Shown here piece by piece: positions 1-7,501 of a stretch of DNA of 64,000 nt. Source of the stretch: Myxococcota bacterium (GTDB lineage: Bacteria; Myxococcota_A; UBA9160; UBA6930); contig OZ245002.1 of assembly GCA_965223415.1 (NCBI GenBank), positions 3,328,001 through 3,392,000 of the forward strand. Direction: 5' to 3'. Below the pieces are notes generated by a model. It was not told where the DNA came from. It did no database searches and saw nothing but the letters and a program-made list of their open reading frames with translations. The position numbers and the translations under genes were made by a program. The number at the start of each line of letters is the position of its first letter. Within the stretch, counting starts at the first letter, position 1.

Positions 1-399
1 TACCTGGTCGACCTCTCGAAGACCGTCGAGGTGACCGTGCCCCTGCACTTCGTCGGCAAGGCGGTGGGCGTCGAGTTCGGCGGCATCATGGACCACCCGG
101 TGCGCGAGCTCCTGATCGAGTGCCTGCCCACGGCGATCCCCGAGTTCTTCGAGGTCGACATCGGCGGGCTCGAGCTGGGCCAGAGCCTTCACGTGAGCGA
201 CGTCGCCCTCGGCGAGGGCCTCACCTGCAAGACCGAGGACGACTTGGCCGTCGCGATCTGCGCCACGCCCAAGGCGGCCGAGGAAGAGGAAGAGGCGGTC
301 GAGGGCGAGGAGGGCGCCGAGCTGGCCGAGGGCGAGGAGGGCGCTGCGCCCGACGAGGGCGGCGCCGAGGCTCCGGCCGAGGGTGGCGGCGACAGCTAG
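1..399 (+). CDS. rplY: 50S ribosomal protein L25/Ctc, C-terminal part (5' truncated by window)
   Basis: Frame is open from base 1. VPLHFVG..GV..GG..ECLPTAIPEFFEVDI..L..G.SLHVSD is the L25 C-terminal domain, followed by an acidic tail; lies directly upstream of pth. Confidence 0.93.
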   Translation, partial: YLVDLSKTVEVTVPLHFVGKAVGVEFGGIMDHPVRELLIECLPTAIPEFFEVDIGGLELGQSLHVSDVALGEGLTCKTEDDLAVAICATPKAAEEEEEAVEGEEGAELAEGEEGAAPDEGGAEAPAEGGGDS

Positions 400-411
400 C
401 CGCGTTCCGGC

Positions 412-1014
412 ATGAAGCTCGTGGTCGGCCTCGGGAATCCCGGGGAGCGCTACCGGCGCTCGCGACACAACGCGGGCTTCCGCATCGTCGAGTGCCTGGC
501 GGAGCGCGCTGCCATCGCCCTCGACGACGAGCGCTACGACGGGCACTACGGCGAGGGCTGGGCGGCGGGCGAAGAGGTCGCCCTGCTGCTGCCCCAGACC
601 CACATGAACGCTTCGGGCCAGGCAGTCATCCAGGCGTTGCGCGGGCTCGCGACCCTGGATCCGGAGCGGGACCTGCTGATCGTCCTGGACGACATCGACC
701 TGTCCCTCGGACGCCTTCGCCTGCGGCCGCGGGGAAGCGACGGCGGCCAGCGCGGTCTGCGCGACGTCATCGAGTGGACCGGGAGCGAGGCCGTACCGCG
801 GTTGCGCTTCGGGGTGGGCCGCCCCCCGCCGGGCCTGGACCCGGTGGAGTGGGTGCTCGCGCCCTTCCGCGCCGACGAGGAGCGGGTCCTCCGTCGCGCC
901 CTTCCACGTGCCGCCGACGCGGTCCTGTGCTTCCTCAGCGAAGGAGCCGGGCCCGCCATGGACCGGTTCAACGGTCCCCCCGAGCCCGACCCAGGGGTTC
1001 CCCCGGATGCCTAG
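412..1014 (+). CDS. pth: Peptidyl-tRNA hydrolase
   Basis: MKLVVGLGNPG..Y..SRHNAGF, PQTHMNASG, DDIDL, GSDGGQRGL and RLRFGVGRP motifs; follows rplY. Confidence 0.96.
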   Translation: MKLVVGLGNPGERYRRSRHNAGFRIVECLAERAAIALDDERYDGHYGEGWAAGEEVALLLPQTHMNASGQAVIQALRGLATLDPERDLLIVLDDIDLSLGRLRLRPRGSDGGQRGLRDVIEWTGSEAVPRLRFGVGRPPPGLDPVEWVLAPFRADEERVLRRALPRAADAVLCFLSEGAGPAMDRFNGPPEPDPGVPPDA

Positions 1015-1115
1015 GAGAATCTCTCCTTCCTTCTGCGCCAGGGGCGGGGACGGGGTACAGTGCGCGCCGAAATGGGCCGATGCCGGCCCCGATGGCAGCC
1101 CAGCCCCTGCGTTCC

Positions 1116-2495
1116 ATGCCGGACTCCACTACGCCCGCGCCGCGTCCGCCCAAGCTTGCCGAGCGCCTGGCCCGCCCCTTCGTGCGCTTCATGGAGCTCG
1201 AGATCTCGAGCGCCGTGCTGCTGCTGGGAATGGCCGCCCTCGCCCTGGCCTGGGCGAACTCTCCCTGGGGCGCCACCTACGAGCACTTCTGGCACACGCC
1301 CCTGGGCATCCGGATCGGCGAGGTCTTCACCCTCGAGCTCTCCCTCGCCCACTGGGTGAACGACGGCCTGATGACGATCTTCTTCTTCGTCGTCGGCATG
1401 GAGATCAAGCGGGAGATGGCCTACGGCGAGCTGTCGAGCCGCTCGCGGGCCATGCTGCCGATCGTCGCGGCCCTGGGCGGCATGATCGTGCCCGCGGGCA
1501 TCTACGCCTGGTTCCACGCCGGCGGGCCCGCGATCCGCGGCTGGGGCGTGCCCATGGCCACCGACATCGCCTTCGCCGTGGCCGCCCTCTCGGTGATGGG
1601 CGCCCGGGTGCCCTCGAGCCTGCGCATCTTCCTGCTCGCGCTGGCCATCGCCGACGACCTCGGCGCGATCGCCGTGATCGCCATCTTCTACACCGCCGAG
1701 ATCCACCTGCACTCCCTCGGCTTCGCCGCCGGCGGCCTGGTCCTGTGCTGGCTGCTCAACTGGGCCGGCGTGCGGAGCTTCATCCCCTACCTGGTGGTCG
1801 GCGCCTTCGTCTGGTTCGAGACCCACCACTCCGGCGTCCACGCCACCGTCGCCGGCGTCCTGCTCGGCTTCCTGACGCCCGTGGAGCTGGACCACGACGA
1901 CCACGAGAGCCTGATCGACCGGGGCCGCGGCGCCCTCGAGCACATGCGCGAGCTGCTGACCGGGGTGCACGGCGAGGAGGACACGGTCGACCACGGCGGC
2001 CACGGGCGTCACCACGCCGGCCGCGAGCTGGCCGGTCTGGCTCGCGACACCCTCTCGCCCCTCGACTACCTGGTGAACCTGCTCGAGCGCCCGGTGGCCT
2101 TCGTGATCATGCCGGTCTTCGCCCTGGCCAACGCCGGGGTGGTGCTCGACACCTCGACCCTGGGCGAGCCCATGGCGCTCTCGGTGGCCTGGGCGGTGGC
2201 TCTGGGCCTGGTCCTGGGCAAGCCCATCGGCGTCACGATCTTCGCCTGGATCGCGGTCCGCACTGGCCTGGCAGCGCTCCCCCGCGGCGTGAACTGGGGC
2301 ATGATCGCCGCCACTGGCGTGCTCGCCGGCATCGGCTTTACCGTGGCGCTCTTCGTCACCGCCCTGGCCTTCACGGACCCGGTCCACACCGCCGGCTCGA
2401 AGATCGGCATCCTGGCGGGCTCGGTGGTCGCCACCGCCGCGGGCCTGGTGATCCTGGCTCGCTCGCTCCCCAAGGCGGCCCCGGTTCGGCATTGA
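1116..2495 (+). CDS. nhaA: Na+/H+ antiporter NhaA
   Basis: WVNDGLMTIFFFVVGMEIKRE, GWGVPMATDIAFA, LAIADDLGAI, SGVHATVAGV, LGKPIG, GIGFT motifs. Start trimmed to ATG 1116 (1080/1092 possible); the N-terminal part of the 120..2495 ORF is spurious. Confidence 0.95.
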   Translation: MPDSTTPAPRPPKLAERLARPFVRFMELEISSAVLLLGMAALALAWANSPWGATYEHFWHTPLGIRIGEVFTLELSLAHWVNDGLMTIFFFVVGMEIKREMAYGELSSRSRAMLPIVAALGGMIVPAGIYAWFHAGGPAIRGWGVPMATDIAFAVAALSVMGARVPSSLRIFLLALAIADDLGAIAVIAIFYTAEIHLHSLGFAAGGLVLCWLLNWAGVRSFIPYLVVGAFVWFETHHSGVHATVAGVLLGFLTPVELDHDDHESLIDRGRGALEHMRELLTGVHGEEDTVDHGGHGRHHAGRELAGLARDTLSPLDYLVNLLERPVAFVIMPVFALANAGVVLDTSTLGEPMALSVAWAVALGLVLGKPIGVTIFAWIAVRTGLAALPRGVNWGMIAATGVLAGIGFTVALFVTALAFTDPVHTAGSKIGILAGSVVATAAGLVILARSLPKAAPVRH

Positions 2496-2498
2496 CCC

Positions 2499-2556
2499 GA
2501 TTGTCCCGGGATTGTCCCGTCTGTTGCTGGTGACGATCCAGCAAATTGACGGACAA
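2499..2556. promoter_or_regulatory. Candidate PdxR (MocR-family) operator: two direct repeats plus one inverted copy
   Basis: GATTGTCCCG at 2499-2508 and 2510-2519; inverted near-copy ACGGACAA at 2549-2556; TTGCTGG/CCAGCAA inverted pair at 2524-2544. Confidence 0.55.
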
Positions 2557-2600
2557 CCGCGCGATTGAGGGGGGATTGATCCCCGTCTATCCTGCCTGGC

Positions 2601-4121
2601 GTGATGGATCTCCGGATCGAGCGCAGCGAGGACGGGCGGGGGACCGGGCGGGCCGGCGGGGCGCCGGTGTACCTGCAGATCGCCGGCCAGATCCGCGAGC
2701 GGGTTCGCGAGGGGGCCCTGGCTCCGGGCGACCGGCTGCCGCCGATCCGCGAGCTCGCCCGCCGGCTGGGCGTGAACCGGGACACCGTGAGCACCGCCTA
2801 CGAGACGCTGGCGGCCGAGGGCGTGCTCGACGCGAGGGTCGGCCGGGGCACCTTCGTGCGTGGCCTGCGTCCCCGGACCGGGCCGGCCACGGCGCCGGTC
2901 GAGACCCGGCTGGCCGGCGTCACCCAGCGCCTGCTGGACCTCGAGCGCGGTCGCGTGGCCTATGGGGCGACGGACGACGCGATCCAGCTCCACGCGCTCA
3001 AGCCCGATCCCTCCCTGTTTCCCGTGGAGGCCTTCCGGCGCGCCCTGAACCGGGCCTTCGCGTCCCGCGGCCCGGAGCTCCTCGACTACGGCGAGCCCCA
3101 GGGCGATCGGGGTCTGCGGGAAGCGGTGGCCGAGCGCCTGCGCGCGGCGGGCGCCCCGGCTGGCGGCCCGCTGGGCGCCGACCAGGTCGTGCTCTGCCAG
3201 GGCGCGAGCCAGGGCATCTCCCTCGGCCTGCGGCTCTTCGCCGAGGCCGGGCACGCGGTGGCGGTCGAGGAGCCGACCTATCACAACGCCCTGGCCGCGG
3301 CGACGGGGCTCGGCCTGCGGGTCGTGCCGATCCCGATGCGCCGGCAGGGCGCGGATCTCGACGCCCTGGATCGCGCCCTCGCCCGGCCCGAGGTGAAGCT
3401 CTTCTACACGATCCCGACCTTCCACAACCCGATGGGCACCACGACCGACCTGGCCCACCGCCACGAGCTGCTGCAGATCGCGGCGCGCCACGGCAAGCCC
3501 GTGCTCGAAGACGCCTACGAGATGGACCTGCGCTTCGCCGGCCGTCCGGTTCCCTCGCTCCTGGCCCTGGACGAGGAGGGGCTGGTGGTGCAGCTGCTGT
3601 CGTTCTCGAAGTCGCTCTTCCCCGGGCTGCGCTGCGGCGCGGTGGTGGGCCGCGGGCGCCACGTGGACGGGCTCCTCGCCCTGCGTCACGCGGCGGATCT
3701 GGGCGGCGCCCAGCCACTGCAGGCGGCGCTGGCGGACTTCCTGCGCAGCGGCGCCTACGACCGCCACCTGGCCGGCCTCCGGCGCAAGCTCCGGGAGCGC
3801 CGCGACGCCCTGGTCGAGAGCCTGGCGGCGGAGATGCCCGAAGGCACCGGGTGGCAGCGGCCCGAGGGCGGCTACCAGGCCTGGGTCGAGCTGCCGGAGC
3901 CCCTCGATACCCGGGACCTGCACGCCGACGCCCTGCGCGCCGGCGTGCTGATCGCGCCGGGCTTCCAGTTCCTCCACGACGGGCGCCCGTCGCGGGGGAT
4001 GCGCCTGTCGATCGCCCTGGCGGAGCCCGAAGCGATCCGCCGCGGCATCGCTGTGCTCGGCGACCTGGCCCGCGAACGGCTTCACGAGCGCGAAGGCCGA
4101 CGCGGACAGATCCACGTCTAG
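2601..4121 (+). CDS. pdxR: MocR/GabR-family PLP-dependent transcriptional regulator (PdxR-like)
   Basis: N-terminal GntR wHTH (YLQIA..LPPIRELARRLGVNRDTV..AY) plus aminotransferase-like domain (PTFHNPMG, SFSKSLFPGLR); immediately upstream of pdxS. Confidence 0.88.
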   Translation: MMDLRIERSEDGRGTGRAGGAPVYLQIAGQIRERVREGALAPGDRLPPIRELARRLGVNRDTVSTAYETLAAEGVLDARVGRGTFVRGLRPRTGPATAPVETRLAGVTQRLLDLERGRVAYGATDDAIQLHALKPDPSLFPVEAFRRALNRAFASRGPELLDYGEPQGDRGLREAVAERLRAAGAPAGGPLGADQVVLCQGASQGISLGLRLFAEAGHAVAVEEPTYHNALAAATGLGLRVVPIPMRRQGADLDALDRALARPEVKLFYTIPTFHNPMGTTTDLAHRHELLQIAARHGKPVLEDAYEMDLRFAGRPVPSLLALDEEGLVVQLLSFSKSLFPGLRCGAVVGRGRHVDGLLALRHAADLGGAQPLQAALADFLRSGAYDRHLAGLRRKLRERRDALVESLAAEMPEGTGWQRPEGGYQAWVELPEPLDTRDLHADALRAGVLIAPGFQFLHDGRPSRGMRLSIALAEPEAIRRGIAVLGDLARERLHEREGRRGQIHV

Positions 4122-4160
4122 ACCGAACCATCCAAGCCATCCCAAGAGGAGGGACCCCCG

Positions 4161-5060
4161 ATGAGCGAGAACGAACGGAGCGACGCCCAGAGCTACGAGC
4201 TGAAGGTCGGCCTGGCCGAGATGCTGAAGGGCGGGGTGATCATGGACGTGACCACGCCGGACCAGGCGAAGATCGCCGAGGAGGCCGGCGCCGCCGCGGT
4301 GATGGCGCTCGAGCGCGTGCCGGCGGACATCCGCGCCGAGGGCGGCGTGGCGCGCATGTGCTCGATCCAGGTGATCGAGGGCATCCAGAAGTCCGTCTCG
4401 ATCCCCGTGATGGCGAAGGTGCGCATCGGACACTTCGCCGAGGCGCGGGTGCTCGACGCCCTGGGCGTCGACTTCGTCGACGAGAGCGAGGTGCTCACGC
4501 CCGCCGACGAGCAGCACCACATCGACAAGCATCCCTTCCGCTCGCCCTTCGTGTGCGGCGCGCGCAACCTGGGCGAGGCGCTGCGGCGCATCGGCGAGGG
4601 CGCCGCGATGATCCGCACCAAGGGCGAGGCGGGCAGCGGCAACATCGTCGAGGCGGTGCGGCACCTGCGCCAGGTGAACGGGGACATCCGCGCCATCCAG
4701 GCCCTGCGGGTCGAGGAGCTCGCGACCCGGGCCAAGGAGCTGGGCGCGCCGGTCGATCTCGTTCGCTACGTCCACGAGCACGGCAAGCTGCCGGTGCCGA
4801 ACTTCGCCGCCGGTGGGATCGCGACGCCTGCTGACGCGGCGCTCTGCATGAGCCTCGGCGCCGAGGCGGTGTTCGTCGGCTCCGGGATCTTCAAGAGCGA
4901 GGATCCGGAGAGCCGCGCCAAGGCCTGCGTGCACGCCACCACCCACTGGCAGGAGCCGGCCGAGGTGCTGAACGCGTCTCGCGGCCTCGGCAAGGCGATG
5001 GAGGGGATCGAGATGGAGACCCTCGACGAGAGCGAGCGCCTCGCCAAGCGGGGCTGGTAG
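4161..5060 (+). CDS. pdxS: Pyridoxal 5'-phosphate synthase subunit PdxS
   Basis: [64 protein letters not shown]. Confidence 0.98.
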   Translation: MSENERSDAQSYELKVGLAEMLKGGVIMDVTTPDQAKIAEEAGAAAVMALERVPADIRAEGGVARMCSIQVIEGIQKSVSIPVMAKVRIGHFAEARVLDALGVDFVDESEVLTPADEQHHIDKHPFRSPFVCGARNLGEALRRIGEGAAMIRTKGEAGSGNIVEAVRHLRQVNGDIRAIQALRVEELATRAKELGAPVDLVRYVHEHGKLPVPNFAAGGIATPADAALCMSLGAEAVFVGSGIFKSEDPESRAKACVHATTHWQEPAEVLNASRGLGKAMEGIEMETLDESERLAKRGW

Positions 5061-5067
5061 GACGCGG

Positions 5068-5637
5068 ATGACGATGCCGGCCGTCGGCATCCTCGCGATC
5101 CAGGGCGACGTGGCGGCCCACGCCCGCGCCCTGGATCGCGCCGGCGCCCGTGCCGTCCCGGTGCTGCGCGAGAAGGACCTGGACGGTCTCGCGGCGCTGA
5201 TCCTGCCCGGAGGCGAGAGCACCACCATCTCCAAGGGGATCGACCGGCTCGGCCTGTGGGAGCCCCTGCGGGAGTTCGCCGCCTCGGGCCGGCCGCTCCT
5301 CGGCACCTGCGCCGGCGCCATCCTGTTAGCGCGGGCGGTGGAGCACCACCCGGTGCCCACCCTCGGCTTGCTCGACGCGGTGGCCGTGCGCAACGCCTAC
5401 GGCACCCAGGTGGACTCCTTCGCCGCCCCGGTCGACCCCGGCGCCGAGGAAGGTCTCGATGGCCTGCGCTGCGTCTTCATCCGCGCCCCCCAGCTCGAGC
5501 AGCTCGGCCCCCGGGTCGAGACCCTCGCCCGGGTCGAAGGACGCCCAGTCCTCGTCCGCCAGGCCAACCTCCTGGCCGCCACCTTCCACCCCGAGCTCAC
5601 CCCCGACCCGCGCCTCCACCGCCTCCTCCTCCCCTAG
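5068..5637 (+). CDS. pdxT: Pyridoxal 5'-phosphate synthase glutaminase subunit PdxT
   Basis: GILAIQG, PGGESTT, GTCAG (catalytic Cys), RNAYG.Q, FIRAP, FHPELT. Confidence 0.97.
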   Translation: MTMPAVGILAIQGDVAAHARALDRAGARAVPVLREKDLDGLAALILPGGESTTISKGIDRLGLWEPLREFAASGRPLLGTCAGAILLARAVEHHPVPTLGLLDAVAVRNAYGTQVDSFAAPVDPGAEEGLDGLRCVFIRAPQLEQLGPRVETLARVEGRPVLVRQANLLAATFHPELTPDPRLHRLLLP

Positions 5638-5730
5638 GGGGTGCTAAGCAAGGGGCCGGTTCCATCTGTTAAGTTGCCGGGCCCGGTGACCCGGGGGGCG
5701 GGGTCTGCTACCTCTCCGGGCCTTCGAATC

Positions 5731-5820
5731 ACCTCGGTCCCCGTCACGGGGCCGCCCCCCGCGGCGGTCTCGAAGCGAGCGGGGGCCCGCCGCGGCCCGG
5801 GCGCGGTGACCGAGAGGAGG
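5731..5820 (+). promoter_or_regulatory. Candidate structured rpsF leader (S6:S18-type autoregulatory RNA)
   Basis: CTCGGTC (5733-5739) pairs with GACCGAG (5808-5814) next to the SD AGGAGG (5815-5820); CCC runs and internal GC stems lie inside. Confidence 0.45.
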
Positions 5821-5824
5821 ATGC

Positions 5825-6406
5825 ATGCGGGAGTACGAGACGACGTTCATCGTCCAGCCCGAGATCTCCGACGAGGGCTGCAGCGAGCTGCTCGAACGGG
5901 TCGACGGCGTCCTGGAACGCGAGGGAGCCACCCGGCTCCTGCACGACGACCAGGGCAAGCGCCGGCTGGCCTACGAGATCCGCAAGTTCCAGAAGGGCCG
6001 GTACGTCACGACCTACTACCTGGACGAGGGCAAGGCGGTGGCTCCGCTCGAGCGCAGCCTGCGCCTCGAGGAGTCGGTGCTGCGCTTCCTGACCGTGCTG
6101 CGGAGCCAGGAGGTGGCGGACATCGAGGCCCGCAAGGCCCTCGCCGCCGAGGAGGAGCGGATCCGCGCCGAGCGCGCCCGCGAGCGCGCCGAGCGCGAGG
6201 CCGAGGAGGAGCGCGCCCGCCAGGCCGCGGCGGCCGCCGCGCCGCCGCCGCCCGCCCCGGAGGCCTCTGAAGCCCCGGCGCCCGCCGAAGCCCCGGCCGC
6301 GGCCCCGGCTGAAGCAACGGCCGAGGCCTCCACCGAGGCGCCGGCCGCTGCCGCTCCCGAGGCACCCGCCGCGGAGAAGCCCGACACCGAGGAGACCGCA
6401 GGATGA
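5825..6406 (+). CDS. rpsF: 30S ribosomal protein S6 with long Ala/Glu/Pro-rich C-terminal extension
   Basis: [37 protein letters not shown]; strong SD. Confidence 0.96.
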   Translation: MREYETTFIVQPEISDEGCSELLERVDGVLEREGATRLLHDDQGKRRLAYEIRKFQKGRYVTTYYLDEGKAVAPLERSLRLEESVLRFLTVLRSQEVADIEARKALAAEEERIRAERARERAEREAEEERARQAAAAAAPPPPAPEASEAPAPAEAPAAAPAEATAEASTEAPAAAAPEAPAAEKPDTEETAG

Positions 6407-6909
6407 GCGACGATCCGAGCGCACCGCGCCCCCCGAGCGACGCACCCGCCGGCGACGCCCCCCGCGGCGACAGCGGTGGCTACCGCGGCGACGGCCCCCG
6501 CGGCGACGGCGGCGGCTACCGCAGTGATGGCCCCCGCGGCCCGGGCGGTGGAGGCGGCCGGCCCGGCGGCGGTGGCGGCGGCTTCCGCCGCGACGGCGAG
6601 CGCCGCGAGCGCGGCCCCATGAGCGTGAAGGCCCGCCTGCGCGCCCGCGCCCGCAAGAAGGCCCGCAAGCAGAAGAAGTCGAAGGGCAGCTTCCTCCGCA
6701 AGAAGGTCTGCCGCTTCTGCGCCGACACGAAGGCGGAGATCGACTACAAGGACCCGAAGGGCCTGCGCTACTTCGTCACCGAGACCGGGAAGCTCATCCC
6801 GATGCGCATCTCGGGCAACTGCGCCAAGCACCAGCGCGCCATCGCCCTGGCGATCAAGCGCTCCCGCCAGCTGGCCCTCATGCCCTACGCGCCCCACCAC
6901 GGGGGCTAG
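6403..6909 (+). CDS. rpsR: 30S ribosomal protein S18 (Zn-binding form) with Gly/Arg-rich N-terminal extension
   Basis: [47 protein letters not shown] overlap with the rpsF stop. Confidence 0.95.
   Translation: MSDDPSAPRPPSDAPAGDAPRGDSGGYRGDGPRGDGGGYRSDGPRGPGGGGGRPGGGGGGFRRDGERRERGPMSVKARLRARARKKARKQKKSKGSFLRKKVCRFCADTKAEIDYKDPKGLRYFVTETGKLIPMRISGNCAKHQRAIALAIKRSRQLALMPYAPHHGG
6451..6540 (+). repeat. 36-bp imperfect coding tandem repeat (2.5 units) in rpsR
   Basis: Units at 6451-6486 and 6487-6522, partial at 6523-6540; encode [12 protein letters not shown] / [12 protein letters not shown] / SDGPRG. Confidence 0.85.
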
Positions 6910-6917
6910 GAGACGCC

Positions 6918-7412
6918 ATGCCCATCCAGGTGATCCTGCGCGAGGACATTGCGAAGCTCGGCATCGCCGGCGATCTGGTCGCCGTGAAGCCCGGCTACGC
7001 TCGCAACTACCTCATCCCCAAGGGCAAGGCGATCTTCGCCACCGCCGCCAAGGTCAAGGAGCTCGAGCACCACCGGCGCATCATCGCCGAGAACGTGGCC
7101 AAGCACCTGAAGGACCTGACCGCCGCGAAGGACCGGCTCGAGCAGCTGCGCCTCGAGGTCGAGGCCCAGGCCGGCGAGGAGGGCAAGCTCTTCGGCTCGG
7201 TCACCTCGGCCCAGATCGCCGAGCTCATCGCCGAGAAGGGCATCGAGATCGACCGCCGCAAGATCGAGCTGGCGGAGCCGATCAAGACCCTCGGCGACCA
7301 CGAGGTGCCCCTGAAGCTGCACCGCGAGGTCATCGCGACCCTGAAGCTGAAGGTGACCGCCGCCGACGCGGGCGAGGCTCCCGCCGAGCCCCCGGCCTCC
7401 GACGAGTCGTAG
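6918..7412 (+). CDS. rplI: 50S ribosomal protein L9
   Basis: VIL....KLG.AGD.V.VKPGYARNYLIP.G.A; GKLFGSVT; PIKTLG. Confidence 0.97.
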   Translation: MPIQVILREDIAKLGIAGDLVAVKPGYARNYLIPKGKAIFATAAKVKELEHHRRIIAENVAKHLKDLTAAKDRLEQLRLEVEAQAGEEGKLFGSVTSAQIAELIAEKGIEIDRRKIELAEPIKTLGDHEVPLKLHREVIATLKLKVTAADAGEAPAEPPASDES

Positions 7413-7501
7413 TACACTCGGACGCTGGCGGCGCCGCGGGTCGGCGTCGCCCCGAGCTGGCGGCGCCCCGAGACGGCGTCGCCCCGAGGAGGGGGTGATC
7501 C

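Noticed and set aside
120..1115. Apparent long N-terminal extension of NhaA
   Set aside because: Overlaps rplY and pth in another frame and is Arg/Gly-rich noise. The same applies to apparent extensions at 14339, 16107, 16784, 17992, 26929, 29873 and 52572.
1011..5393. 1460-aa minus-strand ORF (also 24146..28396, 33291..36161, 57511..60837 and similar)
   Set aside because: Antisense shadows of well-supported genes; stop codons are scarce at this GC content and the translations show no domain motifs.
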